Part shown: positions 11,313 through 25,264 of the stretch, piece after piece | Layout: each line of letters begins with the position of its first letter | How positions within the stretch are numbered: the stretch's first letter is position 1 | Assembly (NCBI RefSeq): GCF_050320075.1 | Contig: NZ_CP190018.1 | DNA: 64,000 nucleotides | DNA from: Escherichia coli | GTDB taxonomy: Bacteria; Pseudomonadota; Gammaproteobacteria; Enterobacterales; Enterobacteriaceae | Direction: 5' to 3' (one strand) | Notes under the pieces: model-generated | Database searches by the model: none | Told to the model about the DNA's origin: nothing | Seen by the model: the letters and a program-made list of their open reading frames with translations, nothing else | Made by a program: the position numbers and the translations under genes

Positions 11313-12338
11313 TTACGCCAGTTGTACAGACACGAACTCATCAGGATCAGCCAGCAGCATCAGCGGTGCTGACTGAATCATGGTGAACTCACGCGCCGGA
11401 TCGCCGGTGGTCACCCAGTTTTTCGGGTAACGGGCAGAGGCGTTAATGCCTTCGCGCTGTGCGTCCGCATCCTGAATGCAGCCATAGGTGCGCAGACCGC
11501 GTGCCTGAGTGTTCCCCAGCACCATCGTGTTGTCCGGCAGGAAGTTCTTTTTGACGCCGTTTTCCACGTACTGTCCGGAATACACGACGATGGCCACATC
11601 GCCATACATCCCCTTATAGGACACCGCTTTGCCCAGGTCTTTCACCGCTGTCTCCAGCTCGGAATGAGAGCCACGACGGGTATCCAGCTTCTCCTTGACG
11701 GCTTTGAAGGAACGGAACAGCGCCCAGCCTTTCGGATCGAACACGATGATATTCACCACACCGCTGGCGTTCAGCGCGTAGGCTTCGATATCGTCGGTCG
11801 GGTCATACGTGGACTTGTCACGCTTGCTCCACTCCGTGCCGCCGGACTGCGTGATGTTATTCTCCTCACTGCGGCCCATATCCACCTCAACCGGATCGAA
11901 GGCTTCACCGGTCATGGTGTATTTGCCCTTAAGCACGGCAGAAACTGCCTGCATCTCTTCGACCTGAGCAATGGCCAGCTCTTCGTCACGCATGTTCTGC
12001 AGGATGATGCGACGGCGGCGGTAAGCCGGGTCCGCCAGATTCTGCGGATCTTCATCCGGCAGGCGACGCAGGGTCATCTGCGGATTCACTTCATGCTTCG
12101 GCTTGACATATCCCGGCGTAAATTCAGAGGTGGAGCCGCCACGGGAACGGATAACCTCACCGGAAACAATCGGCGAAACGTACAGCGCCATGTTTACCAG
12201 TCCCGGAATTTGTGAGAGATAGACTTTCTCCGTGGTGAAGGGATAGCTCTCACGGAAAAAGAGACGCAGAAACAGCGGATCAAACTTAAATTTCTGCTCA
12301 TTTGCCGCCAGCAGCTGGGCGGTTGTGTACATCGACAT
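11313..12338 (-). CDS. E: Major capsid protein E
   Basis: MSMYTTAQLLAANEQKFKFDPLFLRLFFRESYPFTTEKVYLSQIPGL... matches lambda gpE (341 aa). Confidence 0.95.
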   Translation of the reverse strand: MSMYTTAQLLAANEQKFKFDPLFLRLFFRESYPFTTEKVYLSQIPGLVNMALYVSPIVSGEVIRSRGGSTSEFTPGYVKPKHEVNPQMTLRRLPDEDPQNLADPAYRRRRIILQNMRDEELAIAQVEEMQAVSAVLKGKYTMTGEAFDPVEVDMGRSEENNITQSGGTEWSKRDKSTYDPTDDIEAYALNASGVVNIIVFDPKGWALFRSFKAVKEKLDTRRGSHSELETAVKDLGKAVSYKGMYGDVAIVVYSGQYVENGVKKNFLPDNTMVLGNTQARGLRTYGCIQDADAQREGINASARYPKNWVTTGDPAREFTMIQSAPLMLLADPDEFVSVQLA

Positions 12339-12393
12339 AAAAAAATCCCGTAAAAAAAGCCGCACAGGCGGCCTTTAGTGATGAAGGGTAAAG

Positions 12394-12726
12394 TTAAACG
12401 ATGCTGATTGCCGTTCCGGCAAACGCGGTCCGTTTTTTCGTCTCGTCGCTGGCAGCCTCCGGCCAGAGCACATCCTCATAACGGAACGTGCCGGACTTGT
12501 AGAACGTCAGCGTGGTGCTGGTCTGGTCAGCAGCAACCGCAAGAATGCCAACGGCAGCACCGTCGGTGGTGCCATCCCACGCAACCAGCTTACGGCTGGA
12601 GGTGTCCAGCATCAGCGGGGTCATTGCAGGCGCTTTCGCACTCAATACGCCGGGCGCGGTTGCGGTATGAGCCGGGTCACTGTTGCCCTGCGGCTGGTAA
12701 TGGGTAAAGGTTTCTTTGCTCGTCAT
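12394..12726 (-). CDS. D: Capsid decoration protein D
   Basis: [26 protein letters not shown]... 110 aa, matches lambda gpD. Confidence 0.95.
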   Translation of the reverse strand: MTSKETFTHYQPQGNSDPAHTATAPGVLSAKAPAMTPLMLDTSSRKLVAWDGTTDGAAVGILAVAADQTSTTLTFYKSGTFRYEDVLWPEAASDETKKRTAFAGTAISIV

Positions 12727-12735
12727 AAACATCCC

Positions 12736-14035
12736 TTACACTGGTGTGTTCAGCAAATCGTTAACGGCATCAGATGCCGGGTTACCTGCAGCCAGCGGTG
12801 CCGGTGCCCCCTGCATCAGACGATCCAGCGCAGTGTCACTGCGCGCCTGTGCACTCTGTGGTGCAGCTGCCAGAATGCGGCGGGCCGTTTCCACGGTCAT
12901 ACCGGGGGTTTCTGCCAGCACGCGGGCCTGTTCTTCGCGTCCGTGAGCCTCCTCACAGTTGAGGATCCCCATAATGCGGCTGTTTTCTGCCGCAACCGCA
13001 GCGGTGATCTGCGCGTTCACGTCCGGCTGCGCCGCGCTGGCGTTTTCGCCCTCCGTCGCTGGCACCACGTCAGTAACGTCAGCCTGCGAAGCAGTGGCTG
13101 AAACAGTTGTTGATTGAGTCTCTTTGGTCATTCGCCCTCCTGAGAGACGGGATTTACGTGCATCCAGTGCATCACGCATAACGGTGATCGCATCGGTACT
13201 GTTAACAAGTTCATCAGCCAGTCCGGCATCAATGGCCTCCTGACCGCTGTACACTGCAGCCTCGGTATCCAGCACAGCCTGCACAGACAGGCCGGTATAT
13301 GCCGACACCTTCTGCGCAAACATCTGGCGGGTTGCGTCCATCCGGGACTGCAGTGTCTCCCGGACGTCATCCGGAAGATGGCTGTAGGGATTGCCATCCA
13401 CCTTATGGCTGCCGCTGTAAATCAGCGTGATTTCCACGCCCTGTTTCTCCAGCGCAGCACCGTAATTGCTGTGAGCCATCATGACGCCGATGGAGCCTGT
13501 CCGGGCGGTCTGCGTGACCAGACGCCGGGAGGCGGCGCTGGCAAGCAGCTGACCTGCACTGCAGTTCATGTCGTTGGCCAGCGCCCATACCGGTTTTATG
13601 TCTCGCACACGGGCGATGATGTCAGCACAGTCAAATGCTCCCGCCACCATCCCGCCCGGTGTGTCCATATCCAGCAGAATGCCGTCCACCATCGGATCGC
13701 TGGCAGCCTGTTGCAGACGGGCGATAATGCCGTTGTAACCGGTCATCCCCGAGTACGGCTGCAGCGCCCGCGTCCGGCTGACCAGCGTACCGGACACCGG
13801 CAGCACGGCGATGCCGTTCATGACCTGATAGCTGCGGGCCTGTCGTGGTCCGTCATCATCACCGGATAACGCCAGCGCCGCGGGTGCCTCTCCGGCAGTC
13901 AGGCTGTCGCCGGATACTGCATCCGTCAGGCGGCTGATCCCAAGCTGGCCTGCAAGCGCACAAAAGAAAACCCGCGCATAGGCGGGTTCAAGCATCAGCG
14001 GCTCATTAAAAGCCATGCTGGCAATATGCGGGAGA

Positions 14036-14055
<20 letters not shown>
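12736..14055 (-). CDS. C: Capsid assembly protease C (S49 family); scaffold Nu3 is nested in-frame in its 3' part
   Basis: (GTG start preceded by AGGAG) TAELRNLPHIASMAFNEPLMLEPAYARVFFCALAGQLG... matches lambda gpC (439 aa). Confidence 0.92.
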
Positions 14056-17736
<3,681 letters not shown>

Positions 17737-17762
<26 letters not shown>

Positions 17763-18282
17763 TCAGCAACCCCGGTATCAGTTCATCCAGCGCGGCTGCT
17801 TTGTTCATGGCTTTGATGATATCCCGTTTCAGGAAATCAACATGTCGGTTTTCCAGTTCCGGAAAACGCCGCTGTACCGAGAGAGGGATCCCGTCAAGAA
17901 TACTGGCAATTTCACCTGCGATCCGTGACAGCACGAAAGTACAGAATGCGGTTTCCACCACCTCTGCGGAGTCTCTGGCATTCTTCAGCTCCTGTGCGTC
18001 GGCCTGCGCACGCGTAAGTCGATGGCGTTCGTACTCAATAGTCCCAGGCTGGAGATCTGCCTCACTGGCAGCCCTGTAATCCTCAACCTCTTTACGGAGT
18101 TTTTCATTTTCGATATCAGCTTCCCTCTGCGCATACCACTGAATTGCCATGGCGGTATCAAATACAGATTCAACGCCCTTACCACCTCCGGAGACGCAAG
18201 GGAGTCCCTGAGACTGCCAGCGTTCAATCGTTCGCGGATCCACGTTGAAAATTTCGGCAAGTTTCTTTTTATTAACCTTCAT
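17737..18282 (-). CDS. Nu1: Terminase small subunit Nu1 with a divergent (phage-21-like) N-terminal DNA-binding domain
   Basis: 181-aa ORF; C-terminal ~100 aa match lambda Nu1 ([54 protein letters not shown]...) while the first ~80 aa ([54 protein letters not shown]) differ from lambda as I recall it. Confidence 0.9.
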
Positions 18283-18299
18283 GAAACAGTCTCACAATA

Positions 18300-18420
18300 A
18301 ATACAGGGGCCGACATGAAAGTGCCCGAAAATGACTTTTTTAGGCGTTTTCATGTCGGACCTTTTACGGATTCGATATTAGAAAAAACAAATAGTTATGT
18401 TCGAGAAGTACCGACATGAT
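18300..18420. promoter_or_regulatory. cosB: three R-type repeats (CCGACATG at 18310..18317 and 18411..18418, inverted copy CATGTCGG at 18351..18358); putative small-terminase binding sites
   Basis: Three copies of an 8-bp motif, the middle one inverted, between cosN and the Nu1 start; sequence differs from lambda cosB. Confidence 0.6.
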
Positions 18421-18458
18421 TTTCCCCAGAAAATTTTCATAAATAGCGAAAACCCGCG

Positions 18459-18470
18459 AGGTCGCCGCCC
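18459..18470. other. cosN cohesive-end site (12-nt overhang GGGCGGCGACCT on the minus strand)
   Basis: Plus strand AGGTCGCCGCCC is the reverse complement of the lambda cohesive end; flanking sequence (CGCGGGTTTTCGCTATTTATGAAAATTTTC on minus) matches the lambda left end and the sequence to the right matches the lambda right end. Confidence 0.85.
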
Positions 18471-18669
18471 CGTAACCTGTCGGATCACCGGAAAGGACCC
18501 GTAAAGCGATAATGATTATCATCTACATATCACAACGTGCGTGGAGGCCATCAAACCACGTCAAATAATCAATTATGACGCAGGTATCGTATTAATTGAT
18601 CTGCATCAACCTAACGTAAAAACAACTTCAGACAATACAAATCAGCGACACTGAATACAGGGCAACCTC

Positions 18670-18903
18670 ATGTCAACGAAGAACAGAACCCGCAGAACAA
18701 CAACCCGCAACATCCGCTTTCCTAACCAAATGATTGAACAAATTAACATCGCTCTTGTTCAAAAAGGGTCCGGGAATTTCTCAGCCTGGGTCATTGAAGC
18801 CTGCCGCCGGAGACTGTGCTCAGAAAAAAGAGTTTCGCCTGAAGCAAACAAAGAAAAGAGTGACATTACTGAATTGCTCAGAAAACAGGTCAGACCAGAT
18901 TGA
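18670..18903 (+). CDS. YlcI-like small prophage protein
   Basis: 77-aa ORF MSTKNRTRRTTTRNIRFPNQMIEQINIALVQKGSGNFSAWVIEACRRRL... resembles the DLP12 ylcI product. Confidence 0.6.
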   Translation: MSTKNRTRRTTTRNIRFPNQMIEQINIALVQKGSGNFSAWVIEACRRRLCSEKRVSPEANKEKSDITELLRKQVRPD

Positions 18904-18960
18904 AGCAATTTAGATAATCGTGCAGACTACGCCCCCTCATATCACATGGAAGGTACTACA

Positions 18961-19371
18961 ATGGCTCAGATTGCCATTTTTAAACAAATATTCGATAAAG
19001 TGCGAAATAATTTAAACTATCACTGGTTTTATTCTGAACTAAAACGTCACAATGTCTCACATTACATTTACTATTTAGCCACAGAGAATATTCATCTTGT
19101 TCTTGAAAACGATAATACGGTTTTAATAAAAGGACAGGGTAAGGTTGTAAATGTAAGATTTTCAAAAAATAAATGCCTTATAGAAGCCACCTTAAAAGGA
19201 TTCAAATCAGGAGAGTTATCATTTTACGAATACAGGAAAAATCTTGCTACAGCAGGGGTTTTCAGATGGATTACAAATATCCACGAAAACAAAAGGTATT
19301 ACTATACCTTTGATAATTCATTACTCTTTACTGAGAACATTCAGAACACTACACAAATATTTCCGCACTAA
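18961..19371 (+). CDS. YbcV-like prophage protein (DUF1398 family)
   Basis: [58 protein letters not shown]... resembles DLP12 YbcV; low GC. Confidence 0.65.
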   Translation: MAQIAIFKQIFDKVRNNLNYHWFYSELKRHNVSHYIYYLATENIHLVLENDNTVLIKGQGKVVNVRFSKNKCLIEATLKGFKSGELSFYEYRKNLATAGVFRWITNIHENKRYYYTFDNSLLFTENIQNTTQIFPH

Positions 19372-19678
19372 ATCATAACGTCCGGTTTCTTCCGTGCCAG
19401 AACCGGACTCGCTGGCATGATGAAATATGTGTACCCGGTAACCCCGGTGTGCATCGTTTTTGATTATTCCCCCACACTTGTGCAGAAGGAGTTCCCCGTC
19501 AGGCTACAGTCATAATTAATGCAAGAGTACAGCGACGATACAGCGCACAGAAATAAATCAGGTATCCATTGACTTCACAAAGACGGTACATAGCATCGAC
19601 AGGAGTAATTGCGTAAATTGAACTCTTGGCACACTTTAGCCACCGGCGAATCTTCAGCGGATTATCCTTGGCCGGTTT

Positions 19679-20155
19679 TTATCTGAGGCATTGCTCTCGA
19701 ATGTATAGCTGTGCCCCTTCAAGTTGTTTTTGCATTATTATCAGTCGCGCTCTGAGGGTGAAATAATCCCGTTCAGCGGTGTCTGCCAATCGGGGGGAGG
19801 CTGCATTATCCACGCCGGAGGCGGTGGTGGCTTCACGCACTGACTGACAGACTGCTTTGATGTGCAACCGACGACGACCAGCGGCAACATCATCACGCAG
19901 AGCATCATTTTCAGCTTTCGCATCAGCTAACTCCTTCGTGTATTTTGCATCGAGCGCAGCAACATCACGCTGACGCATCTGCATGTCAGTAATTGCCGCG
20001 TTCGCCAGCTTCAGTTCTCTGGCATTTTTGTCGCGCTGGGCTTTGTAGGTAATGGCGTTATCACGGTAATGATTAACAGCCCATGACAGGCAGACGATGA
20101 TGCAGATAACCAGAGCGGAGATAATCGCGGTTACTCTGTTCATTGCTGACCCCAC
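19679..20155 (-). CDS. Rz: Spanin inner-membrane subunit Rz (i-spanin); likely true start near 20143
   Basis: (...)[59 protein letters not shown]... matches lambda Rz. Confidence 0.9.
   Translation of the reverse strand: MGSAMNRVTAIISALVICIIVCLSWAVNHYRDNAITYKAQRDKNARELKLANAAITDMQMRQRDVAALDAKYTKELADAKAENDALRDDVAAGRRRLHIKAVCQSVREATTASGVDNAASPRLADTAERDYFTLRARLIIMQKQLEGAQLYIREQCLR
19741..19923 (-). CDS. Rz1: Spanin outer-membrane lipoprotein Rz1 (o-spanin), embedded in Rz in the +1 frame
   Basis: 60-aa [63 protein letters not shown]: lipobox LVVVGC and proline-rich segment as in lambda Rz1. Confidence 0.88.
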   Translation of the reverse strand: MRKLKMMLCVMMLPLVVVGCTSKQSVSQCVKPPPPPAWIMQPPPDWQTPLNGIISPSERD

Positions 20156-20637
20156 AAACAGATTTCACGCTCAATCTCACGACGAGTCATGAGACCTTTC
20201 CATTGCTTACCGCCAGCATATGTCCAGCGACGTAACTGATCACATGCGCCTTTGATATCGCCCTGGTTTATTTTGCGAAGAAGCGTCGATGTTCTGAAAT
20301 TGCCAGCACCCACGTTGTAAACGAATGAGTAAAGAGCGCCGCGCGTTGTTTCCGGTATATCGACTTTGATGTACGGGTTAATTTGTCTGGCGACAGTGGC
20401 AAGGTCTTTATTCAAGAGTGCTTTGCATTCTGCTTTGGTATACGTTTTACCGAGCATGATGTCTTTTCCTGTATGCCCGTGACATACAGTCCATACACCA
20501 ACAATATCTTTGTATGGTATGTAGCTGACACCCTCCAGACCATCGTTACCACCTGGACCAGTGATTAACACTGATGCTATAGCAATTGCTCCGCCACCAA
20601 TAGCAGCAGCAACGGCTTTTCGTAATGATGGAGGCAT
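20140..20637 (-). CDS. R: SAR endolysin (T4-lysozyme-family muramidase with N-terminal signal-arrest-release domain), phage-21 R type
   Basis: 165-aa [60 protein letters not shown]...: Gly/Ala-rich weakly hydrophobic N-terminus followed by a lysozyme core; not the lambda R transglycosylase. Confidence 0.88.
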   Translation of the reverse strand: MPPSLRKAVAAAIGGGAIAIASVLITGPGGNDGLEGVSYIPYKDIVGVWTVCHGHTGKDIMLGKTYTKAECKALLNKDLATVARQINPYIKVDIPETTRGALYSFVYNVGAGNFRTSTLLRKINQGDIKGACDQLRRWTYAGGKQWKGLMTRREIEREICLWGQQ

Positions 20638-20852
20638 TATTCACCTCTCGCAGCCTTGCGCTTATCTTCTTTAATCTTGAAATAAAGGTTTGTCAGGTAC
20701 GTCAGCAGGCCAAATACCAAGCTACCCAGCACACCTATTGCTGCCCACTGTGAGGGCGTGACTTTATCGAGCAGCTGTAAAAACCAGTAGCCAGCACTGC
20801 CTGCGGAGGTGCCGTAGGCAATGCCCGTTGTTAACTTATCCATGGATTTCAT
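20637..20852 (-). CDS. S: Pinholin S (class II, two TMDs, dual-start motif MKSM), phage-21 S type
   Basis: 71-aa [74 protein letters not shown] directly upstream of the SAR endolysin. Confidence 0.88.
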   Translation of the reverse strand: MKSMDKLTTGIAYGTSAGSAGYWFLQLLDKVTPSQWAAIGVLGSLVFGLLTYLTNLYFKIKEDKRKAARGE

Positions 20853-21045
20853 AGCCTCACCTCCGCAAATAACGGATGGTGTACACGGTTCGGAACGAAG
20901 AGGAAAGGTATAGAAGTTACATTAGCGTAAGGCTTGAACATCTATTCAAAAAGAAAAACGCCAGCGATTATTCTGGCGTAGCTGAAAGCATCATACAATT
21001 ATCAAATACGAAAATTACAAAATCATTAAAACGCATCACGTTACA

Positions 21046-21627
21046 TCATGTCTTTTCTAAAAAAAATCTTGATGAATATTGATGGGGAGGAACACCAAAA
21101 TATCTTCTGAAAACACTTACAAAATATGACGTGTTTTCATAACCGCATATCTCAGCAACTTTTCCAACAGAATATAAATTGTAGCTTAATAACCTTTCCG
21201 CCATCACCATTCGCTCTTCAAGAATTAACTTACTAAATGATAAGCCTTCGTGCTTTAATTTTCTTTTTAACAGACTTTCACTCAGATACAGTCTTGAAGA
21301 TATATCACAAAGTCTCCATGCTGCAGATATATCCGTGTGAATAATAGCCTTAACTTTACTTCCTAAACTATTAAGACATCCAAATAAAAAACTTTGCACT
21401 ATTTTCTCTGAAGATAAGATAGCAAGACATGCAAGTGATATTTGATTTCTAACAAAATCCACAGTTCTGCCATCACAATTCAAGCATGCAATCAAGTTCT
21501 TTAACAATGAAAAATCTTCACATTCCACCATCAAGTATGCCGGATAAAACCTTCTTACAGAAAAAGGTGAGAGTGTGTTGCTTTTAAAGAAATCATTAAC
21601 TGTTTTCTCTTCAACATCTACGATCAT
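21046..21627 (-). CDS. AraC-family transcriptional regulator (prophage cargo)
   Basis: 193-aa ORF with C-terminal AraC-type HTH region (...LSYNLYSVGKVAEICGYENTSYFVSVFRRYFGVPPHQY); ~30% GC. Confidence 0.75.
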   Translation of the reverse strand: MIVDVEEKTVNDFFKSNTLSPFSVRRFYPAYLMVECEDFSLLKNLIACLNCDGRTVDFVRNQISLACLAILSSEKIVQSFLFGCLNSLGSKVKAIIHTDISAAWRLCDISSRLYLSESLLKRKLKHEGLSFSKLILEERMVMAERLLSYNLYSVGKVAEICGYENTSYFVSVFRRYFGVPPHQYSSRFFLEKT

Positions 21628-22121
21628 TGCATGATCTATATTTGATGAAAAAAATCTTTTAAATTTTAATCAATGAGAACAGCACTTCCTTTTTTAAATA
21701 AAATATCTTCTTTACCAATTCGGACATCAAACGAGTTCAACACCAAAATGATAGAACATATGTATGGCATATTATCCACCTGATATCATTGGGGTTACAC
21801 CAAGTAAGTATAGGTGGAAAATCAATATTCGCCAGTTCAACAATAAGGAAAATCTCATTGCATCACAAGTATAAAATTATGTATTTAACTCACAAAGACA
21901 AATTATTAAACCAATCTGTTATATTATATATAGCTGCGTGGAATCATAATATTATATATTTTGACTGGCATGTTTACCAACTTTAAGTTGCATCTCAATG
22001 GTTTCTTCAGCGTAAACAGAGTTTTTATACAAACTGACACTCTGGGTATCATAGTGTAGTTTTTACGATTGTAAATATCCTGCATGCAGGAACTCATCCT
22101 TTTGGATGATATCGCATACAA

Positions 22122-23081
22122 TTAATTTACCATCAGTCTTAGAGCCAGTTCGTCCGGATAGGGATCGAAGTAATTCTGTGTAAGCAAGTAATCATTAGGA
22201 TACTCACCCAGATAATGCTTCAGCAGAGTCAACGGCGCAAGAAGAGGTAATGTGCCAGAACGATAGTTAAGTATAACCTCGCTCAACTCTTTACGCTGGC
22301 GTGTACTTAAGTAGTTACTAAAATACCCCTGTATATGCATCATCACATTCGTGTGATTTTTACGTGATGCAGGTTTTCTGAGAATCGCCATCAGCTTATC
22401 ACGATACACCTCAAAGTATGATTCAAGGTCCGCCCACTCGTGTATTGCAGCCACAAATGGTCCCATATCTTTATAGCCTGCCTGACTATGCGCCAACAAC
22501 TGAAGCTTATAACGACTATGAAAAGCTAATAACTCTCTTCTTGATAATTTCTCCTTGTAAAGGTGATTGAGCTCATGCAAAGCAAAAACTCTTTCAACAA
22601 AATTCTCACGAAGCACTGGATCATGTAATCGCCCATCCTCTTCAACCGGTAGCCAGGAAAACTTTTCCATCAAAGTGCTCGTAAATAGTCCCACTCCATC
22701 TTTACGACCTCGATTACCATTTTCATCATAGACACGCACGCGCTCCATGCCACAGCTGGGAGATTTAGCACAAACCACAAACCCCGATACATCCTTTAAT
22801 TTGTCCATATAAGAACGACTAAACTCTGTCATTCTCTCTGTCACATCCTCATTCTGGTCGTGGCTGAAACACATCCGTATATTTCCTTGCGTCGAGCGCA
22901 CAAGACGTAGAGCAGGACGCGGAACTGGCAGCCCTATAGCCATTTCCGGACATACTGGTCTGAATGTTACCCATTCCACTAATTTGTCCATTAAAAAGTC
23001 AGCTCTTTTGTGACCACCATCAAAACGAACAGCAGAACCGGCCAGACAACCGCTGATTCCAATCACAGGTTTTTTTATCAT
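22122..23081 (-). CDS. DUF523/DUF1722 (YbgA-like) family protein, Cys-rich N-terminal half (prophage cargo)
   Basis: 319-aa ORF MIKKPVIGISGCLAGSAVRFDGGHKRADFLMDKLVEWVTFRPVCPEMAIGLPVPRPALRL... resembles YbgA-type DUF523-DUF1722 proteins. Confidence 0.7.
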   Translation of the reverse strand: MIKKPVIGISGCLAGSAVRFDGGHKRADFLMDKLVEWVTFRPVCPEMAIGLPVPRPALRLVRSTQGNIRMCFSHDQNEDVTERMTEFSRSYMDKLKDVSGFVVCAKSPSCGMERVRVYDENGNRGRKDGVGLFTSTLMEKFSWLPVEEDGRLHDPVLRENFVERVFALHELNHLYKEKLSRRELLAFHSRYKLQLLAHSQAGYKDMGPFVAAIHEWADLESYFEVYRDKLMAILRKPASRKNHTNVMMHIQGYFSNYLSTRQRKELSEVILNYRSGTLPLLAPLTLLKHYLGEYPNDYLLTQNYFDPYPDELALRLMVN

Positions 23082-23273
23082 ATCCTCCCCCTTGACTAAT
23101 TCATTAACACATAAACTGTGTAGTGCACGGAATAAATTGCCTTTCTGGCGTCATCACTGACAATTTTTCTGTTATGGACTATTCCTAATATAGTATGAAA
23201 GTTCTTTAAGTGATCGGTCGTAATCATCTATCTTTCATACTTACTCTCAACTATCAAAAGTACAGGATTTATT

Positions 23274-23798
23274 ATGAAGTTATGGCCTGTGTTGACTGGC
23301 ATTGCACTCTCTTTCACTCTTATAGCATGTAAGGCCCCGACACCACCTAAAGGTGTGCAGCCGATTACAAATTTTGACGCCAACCGCTACCTCGGAAAGT
23401 GGTATGAAATAGCTCGCCTCGAGAACCGGTTCGAACGTGGTCTGGAACAGGTCAGCGCTACTTATGGAAAACGGAACGACGGAGGGATTCGTGTACTTAA
23501 CCGTGGATACGATCCAACGAAAAATAAATGGAGCGAGAGCGAAGGTAAAGCATACTTTACTGGAGATACTAAAACTGCAGCGTTGAAGGTTTCGTTTTTT
23601 GGCCCCTTCTATGGTGGCTATAATGTAATCAAACTGGATGATGAGTATAAGTATGCTCTTGTCAGTGGTCCGAACAGAGAATACCTATGGATTCTGGCAA
23701 GGACCCCAACTATTCCAGATAAAGTAAAAGCAGACTATGTGCGAACCGCTCAAAAGTTGGGATTCAATGTCAATGAATTATTATGGGTTAAACAATAA
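23274..23798 (+). CDS. Bacterial lipocalin (Blc-like outer-membrane lipoprotein) paralog (prophage cargo)
   Basis: 174-aa ORF with lipobox LIAC and NFDANRYLGKWYEIARLENRFERGLEQVSATYG...KVSFFGPFYGGYNVIKLDDEYKYALVSGPNREYLWILARTPT, closely resembling E. coli Blc. Confidence 0.85.
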   Translation: MKLWPVLTGIALSFTLIACKAPTPPKGVQPITNFDANRYLGKWYEIARLENRFERGLEQVSATYGKRNDGGIRVLNRGYDPTKNKWSESEGKAYFTGDTKTAALKVSFFGPFYGGYNVIKLDDEYKYALVSGPNREYLWILARTPTIPDKVKADYVRTAQKLGFNVNELLWVKQ

Positions 23799-23835
23799 AA
23801 TCCCTACCCGAAATAATACTTATTAGAATAAATAT

Positions 23836-23859
23836 CCTCCGGCATAGCCGGAGGTTTTT
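23836..23859 (+). terminator. Rho-independent terminator downstream of the lipocalin gene
   Basis: CCTCCGGCATAGCCGGAGG hairpin followed by TTTTT. Confidence 0.7.
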
Positions 23860-23865
23860 CAAATG

Positions 23866-24575
23866 CGCCTATAAGGCTCTCTTACCAGCCGCGCCCTAAC
23901 AGGCGCACACGATCTGACATTTGCATCCAACTTCGTTACTTACGGCCCGTAAACGGGCTGCCCGGATAGGGAATCGATAACTGCTCTCCCATTTTATCCT
24001 CTTCAAGCTGGTGCTTTATGTAGTCCTGTATCTTCGCCGTGTTCTTACCCACCGTATCGACATAGTACCCTCGGCACCAGAACTCCCTGTTTCTGTATTT
24101 GAATTTCAAATCCCCAAACTGCTCGTAAAGCATCAGACTGCTTTTCCCTTTCAGATATCCCATAAAGCCGGATACGCTCATTTTGGGTGGGATTTCCACA
24201 AGCATATGGATATGATCTGCGCAGCACTCTGCTTCCAGAATCCGTACGCTTTTCCACTCACACAGCTTTCTCAAAATACTGCCTATCGCCCTACGCTTCT
24301 CTCCGTAAAACGCCAGTCTTCGGTATTTCGGCGCAAAAACTATGTGATATTTACAGTTCCAGCGGGTGTGCACTAAGCTCTTTTCGTCCCCCATTGGGAC
24401 CCCCTTTTGATTTCTTGTTTGACACTTGCAGTTGCCAGACCGCAAGGTGTTTTAACAAATCAAAAGGGGTTTTAATAACTGGCTCAAAGCTGAAAGCTTT
24501 CCGGAACCCCCAGCCTAGCTGGGGGTTTTCTGTGCACAAAAAAACCAGCCTTTGGGGAGGCTGGCTAAATCAGGA
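23866..24575 (-). mobile_element. IS200 insertion sequence (boundaries approximate)
   Basis: Contains the IS200 TnpA gene plus end hairpins (GGCCCGTAAACGGGC near 23945; CCCCCAGCCTAGCTGGGGG and CCAGCCTTTGGGGAGGCTGG near 24500..24570). Confidence 0.8.
23936..24394 (-). CDS. tnpA: IS200/IS605-family Y1 (HUH) transposase TnpA
   Basis: MGDEKSLVHTRWNCKYHIVFAPKYRRLAFYGEKRRAIGSILRKLCEWKSVRILEAECCADHIHMLVEIPP... matches IS200 TnpA (152 aa). Confidence 0.93.
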   Translation of the reverse strand: MGDEKSLVHTRWNCKYHIVFAPKYRRLAFYGEKRRAIGSILRKLCEWKSVRILEAECCADHIHMLVEIPPKMSVSGFMGYLKGKSSLMLYEQFGDLKFKYRNREFWCRGYYVDTVGKNTAKIQDYIKHQLEEDKMGEQLSIPYPGSPFTGRK

Positions 24576-24664
24576 AACAAGCTGTTATATGATAATAACT
24601 ACGTTGCGATTCCAACATTTAAAATGTTAGACTAATGAGAATCAGACAGCAACTTTTCCTTTAA

Positions 24665-25057
24665 TTATTTCGAACAATCAGCATCCATCTCCAATCGGAG
24701 ATCCAACACCATCAGCATACCCTCCACTACGCCCTCAGCTTTCTGGAGCATCCTGCCAACCCAACAATCAGATCGCCCATGCTTACGTGCAAGCGCCATA
24801 AAAGTCATGCCGCCGACATAATAGTCCACCAATAAATCATGCAAATCGCTGTTGTTCTTTTTCAGACGGGCCATGCACCCGCAAATGATCATCGCGTCAT
24901 CGTCACAACATTGTGGGCGAGATTTTACTTTTGAAGGAATTAATCCCTTAAAACCGGCGGCAATGGACGACCAGGTCACATCTTCATGATTATTAGCCGC
25001 CCACGCTCCCCAACGCTCAAGAACCATCTGAATATCACGCATCAACTTACTCCACAA
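24665..25057 (-). CDS. Late-gene antiterminator Q (phage-82 / DLP12 QuuD type); possible start at the MRDIQM Met
   Basis: ORF (MWSKL)[62 protein letters not shown]... resembles QuuD. Confidence 0.8.
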   Translation of the reverse strand: MWSKLMRDIQMVLERWGAWAANNHEDVTWSSIAAGFKGLIPSKVKSRPQCCDDDAMIICGCMARLKKNNSDLHDLLVDYYVGGMTFMALARKHGRSDCWVGRMLQKAEGVVEGMLMVLDLRLEMDADCSK

Positions 25058-25264
25058 AACTCAGACCAGAACGCCAATTACAAGCAAAAATCAACAAAAC
25101 AGTATTAGTTGATTGTTATCTCTGACTTCATACTCCTGCTCCTGTCAGGGTTTTGGCGTAATTCTTCAGTATTCGGTAATCGGTCAAAACAGAACCAGGG
25201 AAACGATATAAGCGCAGGCGCATCCAGCGGTGGCGAAGAAGTTCTGCCATATAAAACTCAAACA

